DNA of 63,856 nt, counting the filler, from Reclinomonas americana ATCC 50394 (Eukaryota), in NCBI GenBank assembly GCA_048213135.1. It is 15 parts of 15 records of this genome, joined end to end, with 100 filler letters (N's around TTAATTAATTAA, not from the genome) between each part and the next. Parts side by side here need not be neighbours in the genome. Positions count along the whole stretch, not along the records: positions 46,820 to 50,353 come from AFZH01023120.1; positions 50,454 to 55,191 come from AFZH01023121.1; positions 55,292 to 57,075 come from AFZH01023122.1; positions 57,176 to 59,222 come from AFZH01023123.1; positions 59,323 to 62,155 come from AFZH01023124.1; 10 more parts are not named here. The stretch is one strand, 5' to 3'. Numbering within the stretch: the stretch's first letter is position 1; every line of letters begins with the position of its first letter. This document shows, piece after piece, positions 50,346 through 62,255 of this stretch. A model generated the notes under the pieces. That model was not told the DNA's origin. It saw only the letters and a list, made by a program, of their open reading frames with translations, and searched no databases. The position numbers and the translations under genes were made by a program.

Positions 50346-51109
50346 AGAGAGAGNNNNNNNNNNNNNNNNNNNNNNNNNNNNNNNNNNNNNNNNNNNNTTA
50401 ATTAATTAANNNNNNNNNNNNNNNNNNNNNNNNNNNNNNNNNNNNNNNNNNNNGCGAGGGCGGCGGAGACTCGCCGGCCGAGAATAGTACGCCCGTCAAG
50501 GCGGCCGACCATCGCGCGCGACCATCGACAGTACGCGATCCCGATCCCGTGGCCTCGTCGCCGGCGCTGCGTGCACTGCGCGAATTCAAGGAGGCGCGTG
50601 TGCGTCAGTCGGGCACAGTGCCGTCGGCGTGGCGTGCACGGCCCGACGAAGACGACGAGCATGTGGCCGGCGAATCGGCTGCCATGGACGCCGTCTCCGG
50701 TGCGGTGCCTCGACGCTTGCCACCGGTAAAGGCGCGCTCACACGCACGACGACGCTCCTCTGTCGATGTCGGCAAGACCACACACGCACGCACCAACAGC
50801 GGGAGCAGCAAACCGCAACCGGACACAGATGGAGTCACCGACGTGGGCGTTGCGGGCGTGCACTCGCCTCAGCAAGCACAGGAGGGACGCGAACAGGAGC
50901 CGGCGGCAGACGACAACAATCCCGTGGATGCACCGCTGCCGCCGCTGGCGGTGCCTCGAATGCGCTCCTTGCCGCCCCTCGAACCGGCGGCCAATGACAG
51001 CGCCGACGATGGTGGTCACGTCGCCGCCGACACGGCGCTGGTACCATCGGTGCGGCCACTGGGTCGACTGCCTCCTCTGCGGCGTCAGTCGCTGGTTGTC
51101 GATTCATAA
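49478..51109 (+). CDS. Protein with N-terminal RIIa/Dpy-30-like docking domain and low-complexity tail (spans gap 50354-50453)
   Basis: MATRLELQSYLQEKRVEEILSEVVQEVLRERPD|DVIAFMQSSL matches the YL....l..l...l...rP.dP..f pattern. Link to the last exon across the gap is inferred. Confidence 0.6.
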
Positions 51110-51375
51110 AAGAAGTGGTTGAGCAATACGGCATCACTGCATTTCATTCTTGTCGTCCTCTCTCTTTCTCGCTCTCGGTGTACCTCGTCCCAATACAGGC
51201 AACAACAACAGGAGCAGCAGCAGAGAGAGAGAGTGGAGAGATGTGGTGTGAAGAGAGAAACGGAACACAGGTGGCCACAAAGCGCAGCGAAACAACGTGA
51301 CAAGGCTATGCGCACCAGCAGGAAACACGAAAGAGCAGAAACAACAAAACAAGTATTAATGTAGGGTGCTGGGGA

Positions 51376-54300
51376 TTATGCCCAGCCAAACTCGCGCAGG
51401 CAGTCCACAATGCCAGAGCCGTGCTTGGCCTCCAGCACCGGCTTCTCCTGCGTCGGCAACATCGTTCGGCACGAGTCCTGCAAACACGCACAAAAAATGA
51501 GGGGGAGGAATGCATTCGAGTGACATACATGCGCGAGTGGACGCAACGAGCAACGGGGCGCTGGCCGGGTTGATCACAATGCCCTTGTGCCACGGGGCGG
51601 CGCCGTCAATCAGTTCCAGATCGTTGGCCGAGTCGCCGCACACGCAAATGTAGTCGAGTGAGCTCATTGGCAGGCGACCCGACTTGAGCAGGAAGTCGAG
51701 CGCTTGGCGCTTGCCGGCGACACGCGGGATAATGTCGACCCAGCGGTGCGTACCGTGGCCCGACACAATGACACGCGCATCGAAGAGTGCCTGCATGGCA
51801 TTCTCCAGGCGCTTCTCCTCACGCAACACCTCGCCCACCTCGGCCTTGTAGCCGACCTTCAGCGGCATCGAATTCGCCGCCTCGTACTCCTGCACCTCCA
51901 GGAACGGGAAGTTGGTGGCGCAAAACGCCACAATGCTCTCGCGGGTGAAGCGCGGGCAGTGGCGGTGCTGAATGGCATCCCACTCCTCCACGTGCATGAA
52001 CGGTGGCTCCACGCCGCCCAGCAGAGCCGACGACAGGCGGTAAATGCCAGTGCCGACGCCGCAGATCAGCTGCAGGAATGGGGGAGTAGAAGAGTGAGTC
52101 GAATGGATGAGAGAGAAAAGACTGAGAAATGTGACGCACCCAGTCGGGCAGCGGCAGGCCGGCGGTGACCTGGGCCTCCATGAACACCTTCAGGTTGCGG
52201 CCCGTGTTGTAGACGAGGGTGGAGCCGCGGAACGCCTGCTCGCAGTCCCAGTGCTGCGTGAATGCGTCGCTCTCCAGATCGCGACTGGCAATGCCGCTGC
52301 TGCTGTCGACCAGCGCACCATCGATCGAGGTGACCAAGGTGATGGGCGGCAGGTCGAGGCGGAGACGGCGGATGATGCCGTTCGACAGTGTGTACGCACC
52401 GCGCGGCAGGTTCTTGAACGACGACGTCGGGCTCAGCACCGAAGCGGCGCCCTCCGGCTCACGCAGCACGTAGTTCTTTTGCGGCACGGCATCGGCGTTG
52501 TCCCACGCACCCTCGCCGTTGGTGATGGAGAATTGGAGAATCGAGTGCTCGGCACCCTCGTAGACGGGCAGCAGAGCCTCGCGCCAGCCACTGCACACAG
52601 AGGTGATGAGTCAATGGTAAAGGGGGTATAAGGTGAAGCAGACAAACCTGCGCATGGCGGCGGGGATGCGGGGCGAGTTGGCAATCATCTCCTGCGTCTT
52701 CCACTCCTCCTCGTGGGTGACCGGGTTGCGCATCAGGTAGTGCACGAATGCACGCGGCCACGAAGTACGGTACAGCAGCAACACCTGCGACACGCATCAG
52801 CTTGAGTATGCTTTAAAAACTGGAATTTGCAACAAAACAGGAGACCTTGTTGCGCTCATCGTCGACCGAGGCATCGGCCACGGCAGTGGCGGCCGCGGTG
52901 GCCTTGGAGGACGACGCCGGGGGCGTCGGCACCTCCACCTCCTCCTCCTCGCCGTCATCGGCCGTGACATCGCTGCTGTCCTCGGCGGCCAAATCAAACG
53001 CCACCGCCTGCTGCGGCGGCGCCTTCTCCGTCAGCACCTTTTCGCTCTCCGACTGTGTGGAGGTGGCGACGGGGCTCTTGCGGTTGGGCGAGCGGTCGGT
53101 CTGGAACCACTCATGAATGTCCTTCATGCGGCGCTCCAGATCCTCGACCTTGAGCACGGCCGCATTGAGGAAGTCCTTCATCACCGGCCTGCTCGAAAAG
53201 CCAACAGAATCAGCAATTCACATGCATGCATGCACACCAAGCAGAGGATTCTCCGGGGGGCAGCGGCAACACGCAACTCAAACTCCTGCACGGTGATCTG
53301 GCCCGACTTGTGCACGTCCAGCTCCTCAAACTCTGCGATTCCCTTCCGGTCAGAGACAGAGACACAAAGAGATGGACAAGGTAAGAGTGTGTGCGCAACT
53401 CTTGGCCAGATCCGCATCCGACGGCACCTCGCTCGGCGGCAGCAGCATGTGCTTGTAGAACTCCTTGGTCGTCTGTTCCGACAGAGGGAGGAGATGATTA
53501 GCATATGACAACAACAAGAAGTATTGAGTGTCCGCGCAACAGCAATGAACTCGTCGCACGACAGATCGCCATTGGCATCAATGTCGGAGGAGGTGAAGAA
53601 GCGCTGCACAGTGCGCCTGTGTGCACAGAAAGAGCCAATTTGAGATCGTGGCACACACGGGGGAGAGAGAATCGCAACGCAACTTGAACTCCTCTGTCGA
53701 GTTGAGGGCGCGACGCTGTACAAGCAGCACACAAAGAGTGAGAGAGTGAGTGAATGAGAGAGCCAGTGTGCTGATATTCTGCGGAAATGTATGTGATTGT
53801 GCCAGTGCATCACTCTTAGTGTGTTGCGTGTGCGCTGAGTGTGTGTATGTGCAGCAGATGATGACGCAAGCACGCGCACAATGAGTGACCGGAAGAAGGG
53901 AAATCGTCCCGGGCGCGCGAAAGACATGTGCAACGCAACACACACTCTCTCTCGCTCCAGCAGCACACACGCACACAAAGAGCAAACACCACAGAACGCA
54001 CATAAAGAGAGAGAGAGAGAGAAAGATGCGCTCGTGCACACACTGCTGCACCAGTCGCAAGATTCGCACAACAAAAAACTATCTTTCAGGCACACGCACC
54101 ATGCGCTGACTGAGTGTGAGTCCACCAGCCGAGGGCGAGGCAAAGGCGCCACTCAGAGTCGACATGGTCGCTGTTGCTGTGGAGCTGCTGCTGCTCTTGG
54201 TCGGTGTGCTGACAGCAGTGGGAGAGGCGAGGATGTTGCGCATGGCTTGCACGGCGGCGGCGGCCGCAGATGGCGAAGGCGAGGGGCGTGCGGCGCCTGA

Positions 54301-54450
54301 GGAGGAGGACGACGACGAGGAGAAGGTGGATGACTGCGAGGAGAACGACGACGACTGCTGCGCGGTGGTGGTGGTTGTGCGTTGCGTCGAGCTGCGTTGT
54401 GCGGCCTGTTGTTGCTGCTGTTGAGAGGCTTGTGGGCGGCGAGATGACAT
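51376..54450 (-). CDS. Fusion protein: Ser/Gln-rich N-terminus, EF-hand pair, starch-binding (CBM25-like) module, sucrose-phosphatase-like HAD-IIB domain
   Basis: DIDANGDLSCDEF and DVHKSGQITVQEF; LLYRTSWPRAFVHY..FSITNGEGAWDN..NY; LVTSIDGALV, LVYNTGR, LPLPD|LICGVGT, VDIIPRVAGKRQALDFL, VCGDSANDLELI; inferred end GIVDCLREFGWA*. Confidence 0.85.
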
Positions 54451-54609
54451 GGTGTGATGGGTTGATGATAAGGAGGAGGTGGCCTGCACGCGCGGCGAGA
54501 GGAGAGAGAAGAATGGGTTGGTAAGCCAGGCGGACAAATGCAATTCTCGTGCACCAGTCGATCGCGAAGGACTGGTGCACAACGTGCGTTTTTCTTTGTT
54601 TCTGTTGAG

Positions 54610-55191
54610 TGTGTGCGTGTATGTGAATATGTGCGTGTTTCCTTGTGCGACAGCGGGTGTCTGTGCTGATGTTGTTGGTCTTGCATGATGTCGCAGTGTC
54701 GAGGGAATCTCTGCATCTTTGTCGTCAGCTGTCGCAGTGGAGATGGGGTGGTGAGTCGGTCATTGTCGTTCTCGGTGTCACGCATGACCACGATGTCGGC
54801 TGCTTGCGATCTACTTCCCACTCCACCAACTGCAACCAAACTCAAGAAAATCGACAACAACATCAACACACCAAGTGGGCGTACGTGTCATCACTTCATT
54901 CATCATACCAGATCGGGTGAATCCTCACTCAGCAGCAAGTGGTGCACGACAAGGAGAAGCACACGAGAATCGCAGTATCCATTGTTGTGCACTGTCAGTG
55001 AATGCGACAAGGCGATGAGGAGTCAGAAGAACACGAAGATATACCCAGTTGGATGTAGGAGCACACATATCACTGCATATTGTTATTTACACCTTTAATC
55101 CTGAACTGCAATCGCCACTCGTCGCGCACACAGTGTTAGTTACCGGCGGCACCACTCCAGCTTTGAGGCAGCACGTTCCCGTTGAAGACGT
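54610..55191 (+). repeat. Start of tandem duplication unit (3' flank and last PAN exon of the adhesin gene), homologous to 60910-61540
   Basis: Long shared blocks such as gtgtcgagggaatctctgcatctttgtcgtcagctgtcgcagtggagatgggg and tttacacctttaatcctgaactgcaatcgccactcg. Confidence 0.9.
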
Positions 55192-55291
55192 NNNNNNNNN
55201 NNNNNNNNNNNNNNNNNNNNNNNNNNNNNNNNNNNTTAATTAATTAANNNNNNNNNNNNNNNNNNNNNNNNNNNNNNNNNNNNNNNNNNNN

Positions 55292-58200
55292 AGCCACCGA
55301 CCAGTCCGCCCAGCCGAAGTGATGCGCAGTTGGTTGCCTCCAGAAATGTTGAACCAGGCACCGTGTGGTCCGCCCACAATCGAAAACGTGTACGACTGGC
55401 CAGTGACCACGGGCGACGGCACGCTCAGCGTGCCCACCACAACCTGAGCAACCGACGGTGACGTATATGTTCCCGGAGTCAGGTTGATAAACACTGGTGC
55501 GGGCGGCATAACCACCGTCACAAGCACGGTGCCAGTGGCACTCAGAACACCACCTGTGCCCTGTGCTCCGCCAGAGTTGCCATCGCTGAAAGTCCACCGC
55601 ATCAGTACCGTCGACGCAGGTGCAGCACTGGGGTTTGCGTACGCAATCTGCTGCATCGCTGCATTCACCAGCGTGTTTGTCGCGCTGCCGTTGAACGTGA
55701 GCACAACCGTGCCGCCACTGTTGGTCGTGACTGTGCCAATGACCGTGCCGCCAACGGTACACGTGCCGCCCTCAGTTAGTGCTCCAAGAGTGCCCACGGC
55801 GGAAAACACGTCCTGCACACTGGCACCGCCATCGCGCGTCACCGTGAATGTCGCACCAGAAAAGTTGTTGAGAAGGCTCAGTTCGGCGTCGTAGATTGTG
55901 ACGCTGCTGACGAGCGCAATGCCGCTGCCGCCTGCATAGTACGTGGCAGAAGAGCTGGCCGACGCGGCGACCGGTGCGTCGTTGATGCTGGTCACCGTCA
56001 GCGAGGCAGTCTGGGTCGCTGTGCTGAAGGCCGACAGCCCACCGTTCGAGCTCGCGTCTGCCTGCGACCCTGCTGCACCTCCGTCAGTCTGGTCCCAGGC
56101 ACGGAAAGTCACTCCCGCTGTGCCACCAATGACAGTGTCTGGCAAGAACCGAACCCTGTCAGTGTCTCGCAACAACAGCGCCGCCGTGTTGCTCAGGCCG
56201 CCAGGCATGTTGCTCCATGAGCTGCCGTTGTCCAGCGAGAACTGCCATACGCCACTGCCTGCGACACTGACACCCGTCACGGCAACGCCCTTTGCCGACG
56301 CGCGCGACGCGTCTGCATCTGTCACACGTCCACTGATGACAGCCGATACCAAGTCGCCCGAGCTGTTCGTCTGATCCTCGGTGATGGCACTCAGTGCATT
56401 CGCTCCAGTCAGTGCTGGAGCGGTGTTCGCGCTCGCGGTAATGGACCACATTTTGGAAGCGATCAACGAGCTGCGGGCGGTGCTTCCAGTGGGACCGTAG
56501 AACACGCCAGAGGCCCCCAGCGTGACGGCTGACTTGACGTTCTGAGCGGCCCAACCGACCAGAATGGCATTGAAGTTGGGCACACTTAGACCGCTGCTGT
56601 CAAACATGCTGCTCATCGAGGTCACTTGGGTCACATTCCACCCGCCAATGTTCCGATTGAATGCCGTCGCCCCCTTGAACATGTTTGCCATGTTCGTGAC
56701 GGCAACAGTGTTCCATCCGCTGATATCACCATTGAACGCCGTCGCCCCCTGGAACATGGCCGACATATCGGTAACGGCAGCAGTGATCCATCCGCCAACG
56801 CTCTGGTTGAACGCCGTCGCGCCGTAGAACATGCTCGACATGTGGGTGACGGCAGCAGTGCTCCATCCGCCAATGTTCTGGTTGAACGCCGTCGCCCCGT
56901 AGAACATGCTTGACATGTTGGTGACTGCAGCAGTGTTCCATCCGCCAATATTCTGGTTGAACGCCGTCGCCGAGTAGAACATGGTCAACATGTTGGTGAC
57001 GGCAGCGGTGTTCCATCCGCTAATGTCACCGTTGAACGCCGTCGCCACCTTGAACATGCTCGCCATGTTGGTGACNNNNNNNNNNNNNNNNNNNNNNNNN
57101 NNNNNNNNNNNNNNNNNNNTTAATTAATTAANNNNNNNNNNNNNNNNNNNNNNNNNNNNNNNNNNNNNNNNNNNNGGCAGCAGTGTTCCACCCGCTAATG
57201 TCACCGTTGAATGCCGTCGCTCCCTGGAACATGGTCGACATATCGGTAACGGCAGCGGTGTTCCATCCAACAATGTTCTGGTTGAAAGCCGTCGCCCCGT
57301 AGAGCATGCTCGCCATGCTGGTGACAGCAGCGGTGTTCCATCCGCTAATGTTCTGGTTGAACGCCGTTGCGCCACGGAACATGGCCGACATATCGGTAAC
57401 GGCAGCAGTGTTCCATCCGCCAATGTTTCCGTTGAATGACGTTGCCCCGTAGAACATGCTCGACATGGTGGTGACGGCAGCAGTGCTCCACCCGGTAATG
57501 TTCTGATTGAATGCCGTCGCCCCATTAAACATGCTTACCATGCTCGTGACGGCAGCCGTGTTCCATCCGCCAATGTTCTGGCTGAACGCCGCCGCCCCAT
57601 AGAACATGTTCGTCATGGTGGTGACGGCAGCAGTATTCCATCCGCCAATGTTCTGGTTGAACACCGTCGCCAACTTGAACATGCTCGACATGGTGGTGAC
57701 GGCAGCAGTATTCCACCCGCTAATGTCACCGTTAAAAGCCGTCGCCCCGTTGAACATGTACGACATGTTGGTGACGGCAGCAGTGTTCCATCCACTACAG
57801 TTCTGGTTGAACGACGTCGCCCCGTTGAACATGTACGACATGTTGGTGACTGCAGCAGTGCTCCACCCGCTAATGTCACCGTTGAAAGCTGTCGCCCCGC
57901 TGAACATGAACGACATGTTATTGACGGCAGCAGTGTTCCATCCACTAATGTTCTGATTGAACGCCGTCGCCCCGTTGAACATGTACGACATGTTGGTGAC
58001 GGCAGCGGTGTTCCACCCGCCAATGTTCTCGTTGAACGCCAACGCCCCGTTGAACATGCTCGACATGTTGGTGACAGCAGCAGTGTTCCACCCGCTAATG
58101 TTCTGGTTGAACGCCGTTGCGCCACGGAACATGGCCGACATATCGGTAACGGCAGCAGTGTTCCATCCGCCAATGTTACCGTTGAATGACGTTGCCCCGT

Positions 58201-59222
58201 AGAACATGCTCGACATGTTGGTGACGGCAGCGGTGTTCCATCCAACAATGTTCTGGTTGAAAGCCGTCGCCCCGTAGAACATGCTCGCCATGGTGGTGAC
58301 GGCAGCGGTGTTCCATGCGCCAATGCTCTGGTTGAACGCCGCCGCCCCATTGAACATGTTCGTCATGGTGGTGACGGCAGCAGTACTCCACCCGCCAATG
58401 TTCTGATTGAACGCCGCCGCCCCGTAGAACATGCCCGAAATGGTGGTGACGGCAGCAGTGCTCCACCCGCCAATGTTCTGATTGAACGCCGCCGCCCCGT
58501 AGAACATGTACGACATGTTGGTGACAGCAGCAGTGTTCCATCCGCTAATGTTCTGGTTGAACGCCGTCGCCCTGTAGAACATACCCGCCATGTTAGTGAC
58601 GGCAGCAGTGTTCCATCCCCCAATGTTCTGGTTGAATGCCGTCATCTGGAACATGCTCAACATGTTGGTCACTGTGGAAACATCCCAGTTCCAATTAGCT
58701 CCCGCGCCCGTCAACAAAGTGCAGCCCGAAAACGTGCTAGCTAGACTACTAGCGTTGGCCAGATCGGGTATGTCGGTCGCTGTGACTTGTAAATTGGCAC
58801 AACCGGCGAATGCGCTGCTCAGGTCGGTGAACGCCACATTCCCCCACTGACTGATGCTGCTCAGCTTCAGCTGATCACCACCGTTGTTGAACTTGAGACC
58901 CGCAAACTTGCCCACAATCGTCACAGTGTACGTGCCACTGGCGGCGTACGTCTTCGTCACCGTACCGGTGGCCACTTGCGAGCTTCCATCGCCCCAAAAC
59001 ACTCTGAAATTGTTGGTTGCGCCGCCAGCCACTGGCAGCTGCAACTGGTTGCTGGCAGTCCCCGCTTTGGTGGTGTCGAAAACCAAGACATGGCCAACGG
59101 TGCGCGCAGTTGTTTCGTCAGCCGCCACCGTCAGCGTCACCGAGGCCGTGGCCGTGTCGATGCCGTCAGTAGCACGATAGTCAAAGCTCCGCACGACGCC
59201 TGCAGTTGGCGCCGTTACGCCC
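55292..59222 (-). CDS. BspA-like/DUF285 repeat surface protein with PKD-like and bacterial Ig/cadherin-like domains (copy 1; spans gap, both ends in gaps)
   Basis: About 25 25-aa repeats FNQNIGGWNTAAVTNMSSMFYGATA; VFWGDGS..TYAASGTYTVTI..ISQWG; VWQFSLDNGSSW..FRAWDQT..VTSINDAPV; VNAAMQQIAYAN..WTFSDGN; cadherin-like VGTLS..YTFSIVGG..FNI. Intronless. Confidence 0.92.
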
Positions 59223-59793
59223 NNNNNNNNNNNNNNNNNNNNNNNNNNNNNNNNNNNNNNNNNNNNTTAATTAATTAANNNNNNNNNNNNNNNNNNNNNN
59301 NNNNNNNNNNNNNNNNNNNNNNCAAGCGCCATCGTATGGCGCCGGTGCTGCCAAGCAGTACAACTACGCAGCCGGTGCGCACTCACGTGGCGTAAGTGTG
59401 CAGCGTTCTGCGATGGAGAACGAGCAAGTCCAACATGCGGGCGCGAAAAAATGTGCATGAGATGATGACAAACGAAACACACACATACGTACACGCGTGC
59501 ACGCACCGGCGTCAACGTTGCTTGTCGCAGTTAGCTGGATTGTCGATGAAGCAACAGCGTTCGTGTGATTCAGGGGGAGAGAGTGTGCGCAAAGTCCGTT
59601 TCACGCCGTTTAGTACTACCAGTGGACTGACGACGGACACCAAAACGTCGCGCTCTCTCTCCTCTAATCTCCCTCCTCTTTCATCGTACTGAGCATACAG
59701 GCGTACACCACCGCTCCCTGCCTACTCATCAAACACCAACTCACCTGTGACACCGTGACATCCAATCAATCACATCTCACTATCAAACACATC

Positions 59794-60901
59794 ATGTCTG
59801 GAGCCTCGGCCACTCGCTCCTACTGGGACGACGGCGAGGTCGAGTCACTGGCCACACACACCGCCTCCGCCGCCGCACCATCCTCCTCCTCCTCTCACTC
59901 CTCATACAATGCACTGCGCAAGTCTATTGGGGGCCACGCGTGTCGCGTTCCCTCTCCACACGCCGCACTCGGCAACTCGCGTCAGCAACTGTACATGGAC
60001 TGGACGGCGTCGGGTCGCTCGGTGCATGCGATTGAGCGCTTCCTCGCGGAGAATGTGTTGCCGACGTATGGCAATACACATACTACGGCCTCCCATTGTG
60101 GGTTGCAGGTGAGTGGAAAGGGCGAAGGGAGGGAGAAGAGAAGGATGAAGATCGACTCATACTCTCCCTCTCTCACACACATCCTGTCCACACCCATCAT
60201 GTGCTGCTCAAGCTCTCTTTCAGTTACCACCCTTCTCCAGCTTTCAATCTGTCTCTCACTCTTCTTGCTTCTCTGTACTGTGTGCGTCTCAATCCTTCAA
60301 GCAAGACAGAGAGAGCTACAAGTTCGGGGTGGACAGGAAGGCTAGAACAGAGAGAGAGAGAGGGGGGGGGGAGAGCATGAGTCGGTCTTTATCCTTCTTC
60401 TAACTCACCCTCTCCCTCTCTCTCTGTGCTTCTCTCTTTCTCACTCTCTTCTTCCGCCACTCTTCTTGCTTCTCTGTGCTCCCCAAACTGTGTGTTTCTC
60501 AAGCCGTCAGTCACCATCCTTCAAGTAAGAGAGCGAGAAGGCTTGTGAATCACACAGCTGGGGGGTGAAGAGCGAGTGCGTTCGTGAGAGAGTGAGTACC
60601 TCACTCACCCCATCCACTCTCTCTTCTCTTTCCCCCTTCCGTCCAGTCCACCTGCTTCCGCGAGGATGCACGACAGATCATTGGTCGTGCGATGAACGCT
60701 CGCATTCAGTGCACCGACGCCCTCTCGGACTGCGTGCTCTTTGTGGGCACGGGAGCCACGGCGGGCAGCAACCGACTCGTGCACATTCTCGGCCTCCACG
60801 CTCCGGTGCCTGCTGAGCAGCAGCGTGCAGTGGTCTTTGTGGGACCGCATGAGCATCACAGCAACGAGCTGCCGTATCGCGATGCACCCGGCTGTGATGT
60901 G
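59794..60901 (+). pseudogene. 5' half of a class-V aminotransferase/cysteine-desulfurase-like gene, cut at the duplication boundary
   Basis: LYMDWTASGRSVHAIERFLAENVLPTYGNTHTT|STCFREDARQII..LFVGTGATAG..VVFVGPHEHHSNELPYR. No further exons (including the PLP-lysine region) are visible after 60901. Confidence 0.8.
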
Positions 60902-61434
60902 GTGAGAGAATGTGCGTGTTTATGTAATTGTGAGTGAGCTTCCTTGTGCGACTGCGGGTATGTGTGCTGGTGTTGTTGGCCATGCATGATGTCGCAGTAC
61001 TAGTGTCGAGGGAATCTCTGCATCTTTGTCGTCAGCTGTCGCAGTGGAGATGGGGTGGTGAGTCGGTCATTGTCGTTCTCGGTGTCACGCATGACCACGA
61101 TGTCGGCTGCTTGCCTTACAATGATCGGTACGAACACCACCACTCCACCAACTGCAAAACCAAACTCATGGTCAAAAATCAACAACAACGTCAACACGAC
61201 TAGTGGGTACGTATGTGTCGCGCTTCATTCATCATACCAGATCGGGTGAATCCTCACTCAGCAGCAGCAGCAAGTGGTGAACGACAAGGAGGGAAACACA
61301 CGAGAATCGCTGGCGATCACTGACAAACAGTATCCATTGTTGTGCACTGCTGGTGAATGAACACATTGAGCCAGACAATTCGAAGTCGAAGAGACGCCCA
61401 GTTGGATGTAGGAGCACACTTCTCATGTTGTTAT

Positions 61435-62155
61435 TTACACCTTTAATCCTGAACTGCAATCGCCACTCGTCGCGCACAGAGTATTAGTGACCGGCGACAC
61501 CACTCCCGCTTTGAGGCAGCACGTCCCCGTTGAAGACGTGTATGTCCAGCTCCCGCACGCCGCCTCGGCGGAGCACGCCACCGAGCAAGCTTGTGGTCCT
61601 CCGTACAAGGCGCTGTTGCAGCTCACATCGACACCACCTGTTCGAGCTACATGCACACGATACACACCACCTTTACATGAGCACAGGCATTGAAGGATTG
61701 CGTGACTCACACACACAAACCAGAATAGATCTCAAAGTTCCAGCTGTCGTACTTGGCCGCCAGTGTTTTCTTGCCCGACGACATGCAATAATGGGACCCG
61801 CAGATGTTGTTGGTCTCGGCATTGGCCACTGTGGCTGGAACAGTGGACTGGAAACTCTCAATAATGAGCACATCATGGCGCGTACACAAACCACTTTGCG
61901 AGCATCCAACAACATAAGGAACCTTGAGCCTGCACAAATTGACACCGTCCGCGTTGCTGGCCGCTGCTCCATCCAAAAACGTCCATGATCGACACACCGG
62001 GTCGCGATCACACAGGTAGCAGCACGCCAGCTCGTGCGCAACTCCCGTGTGCACCGTGTACACACTGCCTGGCCGGTCGACGGCTTCGATTGCGCACACC
62101 TCCAGACCCACTGTCGCACAACGCACCACGCATAAGTTGAAGCGATACAAGCCCC
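61435..62155 (-). CDS. PAN/Apple-domain exons, probable C-terminus of adhesin copy 2
   Basis: ACCYLCDRDPVCRSWTF..CRLK and ACSVACSAEAACGSWTY..CCLK..CATSG, separated by a GTTTGT..AAG intron; stop at 61435. Confidence 0.75.
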
Positions 62156-62255
62156 NNNNNNNNNNNNNNNNNNNNNNNNNNNNNNNNNNNNNNNNNNNNT
62201 TAATTAATTAANNNNNNNNNNNNNNNNNNNNNNNNNNNNNNNNNNNNNNNNNNNN

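Noticed and set aside
56600..58650. Regular 75-bp periodic array resembling CRISPR
   Set aside because: Units are in-frame 25-aa DUF285 coding repeats with no unique spacers, and no cas genes are present.
3486..62255. Recurring TTAATTAATTAA flanked by N runs (14 times)
   Set aside because: Artificial 100-nt contig spacer with stops in all six frames; not biological.
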